Shown: in pieces, positions 26,950 through 34,882 of the stretch | How positions within the stretch are numbered: the stretch's first letter is position 1 | How the letters are laid out: the number at the start of each line of letters is the position of its first letter | Source: a virus | Lineage: Duplodnaviria > Caudoviricetes | IMG/VR virus record: IMGVR_UViG_3300037046_000311 | Span: 1 to 35,947 of that record | Direction: 5' to 3' (one strand) | Length of the DNA stretch: 35,947 bases | Made by a program: the position numbers and the translations under genes | Notes under the pieces: model-generated | The model's input: the letters and a program-made list of their open reading frames with translations, nothing else | Told to the model about the DNA's origin: nothing | Database searches by the model: none

Positions 26950-27155
26950 AAAAGCAACTCCAACGCCCAGAGCCGAAGATCGTAGCACGATACGGCAAAG
27001 ACTATGCCATCACCCAAGGTGTTACGAATGGGATGCATTATGCGTTTTACAAAGATGAGTTTTTAGGCATAGGACCATTACTGTCAAATGCGATCAGTCA
27101 TGTATCGCTTCATTGCGGTGCGGGGTTTGATATTAACAAGGTAGAGGTCTTATGA
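26946..27155 (+). CDS. Hypothetical protein
   Basis: AAGGGG SD; ATGA coupling at both ends. Confidence 0.6.
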   Translation: MKKQLQRPEPKIVARYGKDYAITQGVTNGMHYAFYKDEFLGIGPLLSNAISHVSLHCGAGFDINKVEVL

Positions 27156-27274
27156 TGAGTACCTACCAAAGAGTTCTCCAACACATCCATAAAAGCCAAA
27201 ATGTGTCGTCGCTTGAAAAAGCCAAAAGAGAGATTGAGATTATGATGAAGGAGTACCGATGTCAAACTTCCTAG
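27152..27274 (+). CDS. Small hypothetical protein (40 aa)
   Basis: GAGG SD, ATGA overlap; fills the gap in the operon. Confidence 0.5.
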   Translation: MMSTYQRVLQHIHKSQNVSSLEKAKREIEIMMKEYRCQTS

Positions 27275-27609
27275 AACTCGTAGCAAAAGAGCGATCCCGT
27301 CAGATCAATGACGAGGGGTATAAACGTGAGCACGATGATGAACACACAGATGGCTCGATTGCAGATGCAGCGGCGTGTTATGCGGCAAACGGAACTATTT
27401 ATAAGGCTACGTTACCGAAAAATATGCAAAAAAGTTTTAAGTATGTATGGCCGTGGAATTGGAGCTTTTTCAAAAAAGAAAAACACACCCGAAAAAAACA
27501 ACTCATTATTTCAGCAGCTCTTTTGATGGCTGAGTATGAGCGCATTGAAAGAGCAGAACAAAAAACTAAAAAAGATTTCATGGGTTCAATCGATGAAATG
27601 TATGACTAA
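27259..27609 (+). CDS. Conserved phage protein
   Basis: ERSRQI..EG...EHDD.H..GSIA.AAACYA..WPW..AALLMAEYERIER motif common in phage early regions. Confidence 0.75.
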   Translation: MSNFLELVAKERSRQINDEGYKREHDDEHTDGSIADAAACYAANGTIYKATLPKNMQKSFKYVWPWNWSFFKKEKHTRKKQLIISAALLMAEYERIERAEQKTKKDFMGSIDEMYD

Positions 27610-27623
27610 AACAGGAGAAACAA

Positions 27624-28220
27624 ATGAAATTCCTCAGCATTGATATTGAAACGACAGGGCTTGACCCACAAAAAAACCAAATCTTAGAGTTTGGCGCGGT
27701 AGCGATCGATACATCATGCGGTAATGCTCCGTATGTGGATGATTTTAGGGCGGTGTTTATTCACCAAGAGTTGACAGGAAACCCTATCGCTTTGACGATG
27801 AACTCAGAGCTTATTAATGAGATTAATATTTTGTTGAAAACCAAAGATTTTGATTATGATGAGTTTAATTACAATAAATCAAATGATGTATATGTGCGAA
27901 ATACTGAAGAGTTCCAAAAGTATTTTGATGAATGGCTAGAAAGTATCGGCTTCACTGGCCGTCTAACACTTGCAGGTAAAAACCTCGCGTCATTTGATCT
28001 AAAATTCCTCGAAGCAGCTGGTATCAAAATCAAATACCGCCACCGCATGATTGACCCTGCGATACTCTATGTCGATTGGGCAACCGATGAAACTCTCCCC
28101 GATCTGCAACAATGTTTAGATCGGGCCGGTATTGTTAAAAATGTGGAGCATACCTCTATCGCTGATGCTATGGATGTAGCTGAATTGGTTTTGAAAAAAA
28201 TAGGAAAGAGTTATGAGTAA
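27624..28220 (+). CDS. DEDDh 3'-5' exonuclease
   Basis: SIDIETTGLD, N..SFDLKFL and HTSIAD motifs. Confidence 0.88.
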   Translation: MKFLSIDIETTGLDPQKNQILEFGAVAIDTSCGNAPYVDDFRAVFIHQELTGNPIALTMNSELINEINILLKTKDFDYDEFNYNKSNDVYVRNTEEFQKYFDEWLESIGFTGRLTLAGKNLASFDLKFLEAAGIKIKYRHRMIDPAILYVDWATDETLPDLQQCLDRAGIVKNVEHTSIADAMDVAELVLKKIGKSYE

Positions 28221-30105
28221 ATACCAGCGCAGTATGTCCGACATGCTCAACCATTTCGATCCTGATTTCGGACTCATCATCGATCTGTTTGCCGGAGGCG
28301 GTGGAGCATCGGAGGGAATACGTTCCGCGCTCGGTCGTGATCCTGATGTTGCGGTCAACCATGACCCCGAAGCGATATCCATGCATACAGTGAATCATCA
28401 CGATACTATGCACTTTACGGCTGACGTTTTCGAGGTCGATCCTAAAAGCATTTTTCCTGAGTACCCCGTCGGTCTGCTTTGGGCTTCGCCGGCATGTACC
28501 CACTTCTCAAAAGCACGCGGATCAAAGCCGGTATGTAAACAACTCCGATCACTCGCGTGGATTGTCGTTAAATGGGCGAAACTCCGAAAGCCTGCACAGA
28601 TTTATTTGGAGAACGTCGAAGAGTTTACCGATTGGGGTCCCGTACTCGATGACGGTCAACCCTGCCCTATTCGTAAAGGCGAAACATTCACCCGCTTTGT
28701 GTCAGAACTTGAAAAGCTCGGTTACGATGTAGAGTGGCGCGAAGTCAAAGCGCATGAGTTCGGAGCACCTACGATCCGTAAACGGCTCTTTATGGTGGCA
28801 CGATGCGACGGTAAAGAGATAGTATGGCCGGAACCGACCAATGGTGATCCTAAAAGCGCGGAAGTAAAAAGCGGAAAGCGTAAACCGTTCAGAACCGCAG
28901 CGGGGATTATCGACTGGTCTATCCCTGGTAACTCAATATTTATGAGTACCGAAGAGATCAAATCTAAAAAGCTTCGCATCAAACGACCGTTAAAAGATAC
29001 TTCATTACGACGTATCGGCAAAGGGTTGAACAAGTTCGTATTTAAAAACCCTGATCCATACACTGTCGATCAATCGTGGATTGTGAAATATTACAAAGGC
29101 GTAGTCGGAAGCTCAATCCATGACCCATTACCTACCGTAACGACTGCGGATCATAATGCACTATCAACCGCCAAGCTCGCCCCATTTGTCAGCACCTATT
29201 TCGGTGAACGAAACGGAGAGGCAGACGGTAGAGGTGCGACACTGGATAAACCATTGACGACGATTACGAGCGGTGGGATGAGGCATTCGCTTATCTCTCC
29301 GGTACTAATCGGAATTGATAACGGAAGCTCTAAAAGTGCATCATGGTCACCCGAAGCACCATTGACGACTATTGTTACAGAGAACCGTCATGCATTGGTC
29401 GAAAATCGTATGGTGCAATTGCCTCATATCGTGCGCGACTTCAAAAGCTCTATCGGAAGTAGTATGAACGATCCTATCGGAACGATCACGACTCAGGGCA
29501 ACGGTAAAGCCGCACTATGTGTTTCGCACGCTGTCAAATTCAGAGGAACCAATTACGGCTACCCGATGAGTGATCCGGTACATACCATCACGGCATCAGG
29601 AACACACCAGGGATTAGTCACGAGCTATCTCAACTCTTTCTACGGAAATGCTGAGGATATAGGCTCACCGATGGACGATCCATTGCGTACAGTTATGACT
29701 AAAGACCGATTTGCGAAAGTGGACATCGTGTTAGATCCGGTCACGGGTGCGATGTGGGATAGCGAAACGATGGAACGGATCATCGCCGTTCGAGAGTTCA
29801 TCCAAACCTATTGCGGTGATGACCTGAGCGACGATGAGTGTATGGGGATAGTAACAATCAAAGGGTTGAAATACCAAATCATCGATATTAGCCTCCGAAT
29901 GCTCAAACCGCGTGAACTTTACAACGCGCAGGGTTTCCGCCCGGACTACATCATCGACCGAACCGTAGATAATAAACCGATCACCGGCACAGCTCAGGTG
30001 CGAATGGTTGGAAACAGCGTATGCCCTCCCGCTGCGGAAGCGATCATTCGAGCGAATCAAAACGCACCGTATAAACAAGTACCTATCTTGGAGGAAGCGG
30101 CGTAA
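28213..30105 (+). CDS. DNA cytosine-C5 methyltransferase
   Basis: DLFAGGGG, SPAC catalytic Cys, ENV, R.RLF, AQGF and GNSVCP motifs. Confidence 0.94.
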   Translation: MSKYQRSMSDMLNHFDPDFGLIIDLFAGGGGASEGIRSALGRDPDVAVNHDPEAISMHTVNHHDTMHFTADVFEVDPKSIFPEYPVGLLWASPACTHFSKARGSKPVCKQLRSLAWIVVKWAKLRKPAQIYLENVEEFTDWGPVLDDGQPCPIRKGETFTRFVSELEKLGYDVEWREVKAHEFGAPTIRKRLFMVARCDGKEIVWPEPTNGDPKSAEVKSGKRKPFRTAAGIIDWSIPGNSIFMSTEEIKSKKLRIKRPLKDTSLRRIGKGLNKFVFKNPDPYTVDQSWIVKYYKGVVGSSIHDPLPTVTTADHNALSTAKLAPFVSTYFGERNGEADGRGATLDKPLTTITSGGMRHSLISPVLIGIDNGSSKSASWSPEAPLTTIVTENRHALVENRMVQLPHIVRDFKSSIGSSMNDPIGTITTQGNGKAALCVSHAVKFRGTNYGYPMSDPVHTITASGTHQGLVTSYLNSFYGNAEDIGSPMDDPLRTVMTKDRFAKVDIVLDPVTGAMWDSETMERIIAVREFIQTYCGDDLSDDECMGIVTIKGLKYQIIDISLRMLKPRELYNAQGFRPDYIIDRTVDNKPITGTAQVRMVGNSVCPPAAEAIIRANQNAPYKQVPILEEAA

Positions 30106-30143
30106 GCCCTCCCCCTATGATACAATACCAAAAAGGAGTATGG

Positions 30144-30332
30144 ATGATTAATAATATAACTATTAAAACATGGTTTAGTATCCGAACTATCACCGCTGAT
30201 ATGAAATCTCTATTGGTAAATGAAAATTATAATAATTGGTTTTACCATAAGTGTAAAGTATATAAATTCGATACAAAAGAAGAGTTTATAGCATTTATGG
30301 ATCAAGTTCAAAAAAAACACAACCTTTTTTAA
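30144..30332 (+). CDS. Small AT-rich hypothetical protein with its own putative promoter
   Basis: TG-A-TACAAT at 30118-30126, AAGGAG SD, ATG 30144. Confidence 0.55.
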   Translation: MINNITIKTWFSIRTITADMKSLLVNENYNNWFYHKCKVYKFDTKEEFIAFMDQVQKKHNLF

Positions 30333-30454
30333 TATTGCGGGATCTCCCCGCATAACCTCCCACTAAAACTATCACCCCCCCTGCCCCAGACTAAATACGT
30401 CCAACCAACCAACACGCACGTATTCATTTTGTGACAAATCAGAAAGGATCACAT

Positions 30455-30673
30455 ATGGAAAATATGCCCGAAGGTTTCTATACTGCAAAAGAAGTAACTC
30501 TATTCGATAAAGAAAACACCCTTTATGTCTATCCAAGTGGTGAAGAGTCATATGGAATGTGTATTGAGACAGGGGAAATGAGTTGCTTTTGGGATATGAC
30601 ACAATTCAAATACTGCGATGATCAAAATAAACTCAAAGAAAAATACCATCATATTCTTCCAGGAATAAATTAA
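30455..30673 (+). CDS. Hypothetical protein
   Basis: AAGGA SD, ATG 30455. Confidence 0.6.
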   Translation: MENMPEGFYTAKEVTLFDKENTLYVYPSGEESYGMCIETGEMSCFWDMTQFKYCDDQNKLKEKYHHILPGIN

Positions 30674-30686
30674 TAAAGGATAAGTA

Positions 30687-31094
30687 ATGAAAGCGTTAAT
30701 TATATTAAAAAACATTATAGATACTTCCGTAATGAACCCTATTATTTTAGAGGAGATTAAAGAAGTAATCGCCGAACTTGAAGCTATAGAATCTAGTATG
30801 TTTGACCAATGTGCTAAATGCTGTGTTACAGAGCTTAGACTATCTGATAAAGAAGAATTGCGAGGCACATATAAAACAATCATAGCGGGTAAAGATATTG
30901 AGATCAAAAAACTCGGATTAGAAAATGAAAAGCTTAAAGAGCAAAAGATATGTGAGTGGAAAGTTGATGATCCCGAATACAACACATACAAAACTGGATG
31001 TGGTCAATATTTTAGTATCATTGACGGAAGCCTTAAAGACAATGGTTTCAAGTATTGTTCATATTGTGGCGGTCAGGCAAAGGCTACCGAATGA
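30687..31094 (+). CDS. Hypothetical protein with coiled coil and C-terminal zinc ribbon
   Basis: AAGGA SD; CEW..TGCG..FKYCSYCG. Confidence 0.7.
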   Translation: MKALIILKNIIDTSVMNPIILEEIKEVIAELEAIESSMFDQCAKCCVTELRLSDKEELRGTYKTIIAGKDIEIKKLGLENEKLKEQKICEWKVDDPEYNTYKTGCGQYFSIIDGSLKDNGFKYCSYCGGQAKATE

Positions 31095-31588
31095 CAAAAA
31101 CACAAGCAGTAGTTGAAACAGGATTAATGCCTCCTATATTTCGCGATGTTTGTGAGAAATTAGAGATCGATCCTGACGCAGATTATTTTTTCGGACTTGA
31201 CATAAAACGTATTCAAGAATACGTTAAAAATTCTTCCAAAATAAAAGACGTATCAGTAAACTCAACAAAAGACGGGTATTCAGTAGGTGAAGCGGCTGAT
31301 CTGTTGGGAGTGTCCACCCAATCGTTTAATGCCAATTATTCCCATAAGGCAGAACGTATTCGCAGAGGTGTGTACACTAGAGAATCTATTGATAATTTGG
31401 TTCAAAAGAAATTTAAAAAATCACCCACAGTAGAAGAACCCGTATTTGAAGATACCACAAATTTCAAAAAGCGTATCCAAAGAGTCTCGGTGCATTCAGA
31501 TTGTGAAGGGGGCGTTATGCTGTCCATACACTTAGAAGGCTTTACCGAGAAAGAGCTTATCCATAAACTATTTGAAGTGTTTAATTAA
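31091..31588 (+). CDS. Putative HTH DNA-binding protein
   Basis: YSVGEAADLLGVSTQSF MerR/Xis-like helix; ATGA overlap. Confidence 0.6.
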   Translation: MTKTQAVVETGLMPPIFRDVCEKLEIDPDADYFFGLDIKRIQEYVKNSSKIKDVSVNSTKDGYSVGEAADLLGVSTQSFNANYSHKAERIRRGVYTRESIDNLVQKKFKKSPTVEEPVFEDTTNFKKRIQRVSVHSDCEGGVMLSIHLEGFTEKELIHKLFEVFN

Positions 31589-31608
31589 AACATATTAAAG
31601 GCTCCCTA

Positions 31609-31938
31609 ATGTGGCAAACCTACCCCGAATACTGTGCAGACATGAAACGCCTCGGAACCGAACCACTCCCTGAAGAGATATGGCAAAGAGAATATGCACC
31701 AAAAGACGAGCCCTATCGTGAACCGCTCATCATTACCCCGAAAAAACCAGTTGTTAAGGATTGCTTAACAACTGAAAAAGATCATATTGCCGACATCGGT
31801 AAAACGATAAAGCCAAAAAAGAAGTATGCGCCTCGCATATCCCGCAAAGGGTGGACAACGGAACAGATCAAAGCGAGACGATCCGAGAACGTCCAAAACT
31901 GCAAGGCGCGGAAGAAATTAAACCCAGTGACTTTATGA
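31609..31938 (+). CDS. Basic hypothetical protein
   Basis: AAGG SD; Lys/Arg-rich C-terminus. Confidence 0.6.
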   Translation: MWQTYPEYCADMKRLGTEPLPEEIWQREYAPKDEPYREPLIITPKKPVVKDCLTTEKDHIADIGKTIKPKKKYAPRISRKGWTTEQIKARRSENVQNCKARKKLNPVTL

Positions 31939-32002
31939 AGCCTGAGCATTACTTCGATGCTTTGGAAGCAAAACAGATTTTAGAACAACTAAGGAGAGCG
32001 GG

Positions 32003-32849
32003 ATGATAAAGCCGACCAGACCTCCGCTCAGGTACCACGGTGGAAAATGGAGAGTATCGGATCGGATCATAGAACTAATGCCTGCTCATATGACATATGT
32101 TGAACCGTTTGGGGGGGGGTGCAGGAGTGCTTTTGAGAAAATCTCGCAGTAAAAACGAAATATATAATGACCTCGATGGAGACATCGTAAATGTTTTCAG
32201 AGTACTCCGTAATCCTATTGATTCGGCGAAGCTTATTCAGCTGCTAGAACTTACTCCGTTTGCACGCGAAGAGATGAAACTCGGATGGGAAGAAACGGAT
32301 GACCCTATTGAACAGGCACGTCGCTGTATTGTCAGATCCCATATGGGATTCGGCTCTGCAGGTGCAACAAAAGGGCGAACAGGGTTCCGTGGGTTGGATC
32401 GGTGTGAAGGATCTTTTAGTGCACCGGCGAGACAATGGGATAATCTACCAAACCATCTGCACGCTATCATCGCTCGACTTAAAGGTGTTGTAATTGAAAA
32501 CATGGTCGCCGAACGTCTGATAGATACTGTTGACCATGAAGATACGTTTTTCTATTGTGATCCGCCTTATCTTCCTGAGACACGATCATCTATGACGGGT
32601 GGAATAAAATACTATCGGCATGAAATGACCTATAAAGATCATGAGCAGCTGCTAAAAAAACTCCTGCAGGTGAAAGGTATGGTTTTATTATCAGGATATC
32701 CATCTGACCTCTATAACGATATGCTCAAAGACTGGCGCATGATCAGCTTTAATGCAAGGGCATCTTCTAAAGCAGGTACCGTGATACGAAAAGAGTGCGT
32801 TTGGATTTCTCCGAATGCTGAACAGCCAAATTTATTCAATGTAATTTAG
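32003..32849 (+). pseudogene. DNA adenine methyltransferase (D12/Dam class), frameshifted at a G9 tract (candidate phase-OFF state)
   Basis: ATG 32003 reads MIKPTRPPLRYHGGKW..YVEPFGGG then stops at 32150-32152. The remainder (NDLDG, YCDPPY, LSGY) is in the +1 frame. Removing one G from 32111-32119 gives a 281-aa protein. Confidence 0.88.
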
Positions 32850-32861
32850 GAGAGCGGGATA

Positions 32862-33083
32862 ATGCAAAAGAAATCACACAGCCTAATCGAATCATTCATA
32901 AACGTATTAGTAGGCTACGGCATCGCCCTCGCCGCTCAGTTGATCATCTTCCCTCGTTTCGGTATTCATATCTCTATGAGCGATAACCTGATGATCGGTG
33001 CGCTCTTCACAGTCGTGTCAATCGTTAGAAGCTACGCGCTGCGGAGATTGTTTAATCGGTTTACGGTAAAGGCTCACGGATGA
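32862..33083 (+). CDS. Small 2-TM conserved phage membrane protein
   Basis: MQ.K..SLIES..NV.VGY..FTVVSIVRSY.LRRLFN. Confidence 0.75.
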   Translation: MQKKSHSLIESFINVLVGYGIALAAQLIIFPRFGIHISMSDNLMIGALFTVVSIVRSYALRRLFNRFTVKAHG

Positions 33084-33493
33084 AATCAATACGCGATGAA
33101 GTCTTAGAATTATTCATGTCAAAAAAAGATGTAAAGATCAAAAAGTTTTTTGTATCCCCTTGTTTTGCTTGTAGAAATATGAGCTATGAAAGCGATGATG
33201 ATTGCTATTCATCACACAGTTACGCTATTTGTGAGATGGCATACGATTACAGTTCACTTGAACATTTTACTGAACATAAAAAAGATTTTCCATTTTGTGA
33301 AGCTCCAAAATTATGCCATCGTAAAAATCTTTTCAGACCGACGAGATTTACAACATATTCAGTCATGTATGATGACCTTGACGGGATCGGATACGGAGTA
33401 TGGGGAATGCTTGAAGATATTGACCATGATGCCCCATCTATCGCGGGTAGTGTTGCAGGGTTTCATCGCAGAATGTCGGAGGTACGATTATGA
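33080..33493 (+). CDS. Cys-containing hypothetical protein
   Basis: ATGA overlaps at both ends. Confidence 0.6.
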   Translation: MKSIRDEVLELFMSKKDVKIKKFFVSPCFACRNMSYESDDDCYSSHSYAICEMAYDYSSLEHFTEHKKDFPFCEAPKLCHRKNLFRPTRFTTYSVMYDDLDGIGYGVWGMLEDIDHDAPSIAGSVAGFHRRMSEVRL

Positions 33494-33705
33494 ACGAAAT
33501 TATCGTAACTTTTAAATTTTACAGATTTAACCAGGTACGTAAAGAGCGCGGCGCTCAGGCGGCTCAACTTGAAGTACTCGAAGATGGTGAATCCGTAGGG
33601 CTTTACTGGATGAACGTATCAGATATAAAACGAAATATTGAAGATTATGGTGAGTGTGAGGCATTAACTGAAGCACTTGAATACTACTCAGGAGCGAAGT
33701 CGTGA
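33490..33705 (+). CDS. Hypothetical protein
   Basis: GGAGG SD; coupled ends. Confidence 0.65.
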   Translation: MNEIIVTFKFYRFNQVRKERGAQAAQLEVLEDGESVGLYWMNVSDIKRNIEDYGECEALTEALEYYSGAKS

Positions 33706-34040
33706 GTACATTGCAATTGGTCTTAAAAGGCATTTGGTACGACAAAATCCAAAGAGGTGAAAAAACACACGAGTACCGAGAACTTAAACCGTACTGGATT
33801 AAGAGGATAACGGATCGTATGTATGGCGGTGATGAGTTGGCTATGCTAAAACGTGGTGCTATCGGAATTCCCGAATCAGCGTGGAAAAAATATGATCGAG
33901 TATTACTCAGACGCGGATATACAAATAAACTAATGATCTTCAAAATTAAGCGCATTGGCATAACTAAAACTGCACAAAATGATCTTGGACAAATTTGTAT
34001 TGATATTGCGCTAGGGGAGAAACAGCATGAACATATATGA
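33702..34040 (+). CDS. ASCH/PUA-like domain protein
   Basis: LVLKGIWYDKIQRGEKTHEYRELKPYW (GxKxxExR). Confidence 0.82.
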   Translation: MSTLQLVLKGIWYDKIQRGEKTHEYRELKPYWIKRITDRMYGGDELAMLKRGAIGIPESAWKKYDRVLLRRGYTNKLMIFKIKRIGITKTAQNDLGQICIDIALGEKQHEHI

Positions 34041-34452
34041 AGCAATAGAGCTTTTGCGAGATGAAAGCATTGTTATAAAAAACGAAAGAGATGAAATTTT
34101 CCAACGTCAAAACGATTACTCAGTTTTTAGAACATACTCAGAAGCAACAAAACCGCATTGCAATTCAATCGGTGGATCAATGAATAATCAAGAGTTTTTA
34201 AAAACCTACATAGATGATAATTTTGAGAGAGTGCCACAATGGTACGAGGATATTAAGCTCCCAATATTATGCAAGGTTAAAGAGAACGGGTGGACTGGAT
34301 ACAAGATAGTTGAATTCAAATACCGAATTGGGTCAATACTACAAACTGGATTTGGTGAATCATACCGTATTAGCCGTAGAGTTGAGATCCTACCATTGTC
34401 AAAAAAAGAATGTCTTGAAAGATTTTATGGGGAGGAAGTGACCTATGGCTAA
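34027..34452 (+). CDS. Hypothetical protein
   Basis: GGGGAG SD; 141-aa ORF in operon. Confidence 0.6.
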   Translation: MNIYEAIELLRDESIVIKNERDEIFQRQNDYSVFRTYSEATKPHCNSIGGSMNNQEFLKTYIDDNFERVPQWYEDIKLPILCKVKENGWTGYKIVEFKYRIGSILQTGFGESYRISRRVEILPLSKKECLERFYGEEVTYG

Positions 34453-34621
34453 AGAAAAAATGGAAAAATGCAAGACTTGCGTTAACTACAATTCTAAAGC
34501 AAGTAATGCGAACTGGACTGTCTGCAAGTGTATGCCGTTGAGCGTAATGGTTTCCGGAACGTCTAAAGATTGTGAGAAATATGATGGTATCAGCAAAGAG
34601 GAGGCACAAAATGCCACATGA
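34445..34621 (+). CDS. Small Cys-rich hypothetical protein (58 aa)
   Basis: GGAGG SD; CKTC..CKC..C; below the ORF-track cutoff. Confidence 0.55.
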   Translation: MAKEKMEKCKTCVNYNSKASNANWTVCKCMPLSVMVSGTSKDCEKYDGISKEEAQNAT

Positions 34622-34832
34622 ATACCTCAAATTATCAAGCCTTGCTAAACGGTATGACCTGCATAAAGAAACTATGAAACGTAAACTAAAAGAGCTCGAT
34701 ATCAAACTCGGAGAGCACTATATCGTCATGGGTAAAACAGTCCTTTTTCATGCAGAAAAATGTCACAAACTACTCATTTCACAATCAGAGGCAAAACAAG
34801 CAGATGATATCCTCAGCCGACTCTTAGTGTAG
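34611..34832 (+). CDS. Putative excisionase / recombination directionality factor
   Basis: YLKLSSLAKRYDLHKETMKRK winged-HTH-like; GAGGAGG SD; directly before int. Confidence 0.68.
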   Translation: MPHEYLKLSSLAKRYDLHKETMKRKLKELDIKLGEHYIVMGKTVLFHAEKCHKLLISQSEAKQADDILSRLLV

Positions 34833-34882
34833 TCGGTTGTAAAATGTCATCGCGGTGTTTTTGTCCGAAAGGAAAATACACA

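Noticed and set aside
32097-32849. 250-aa ORF as a complete methylase
   Set aside because: Its start lacks an SD and omits the YHGGKW/YVEPF motifs encoded from 32003 in another frame
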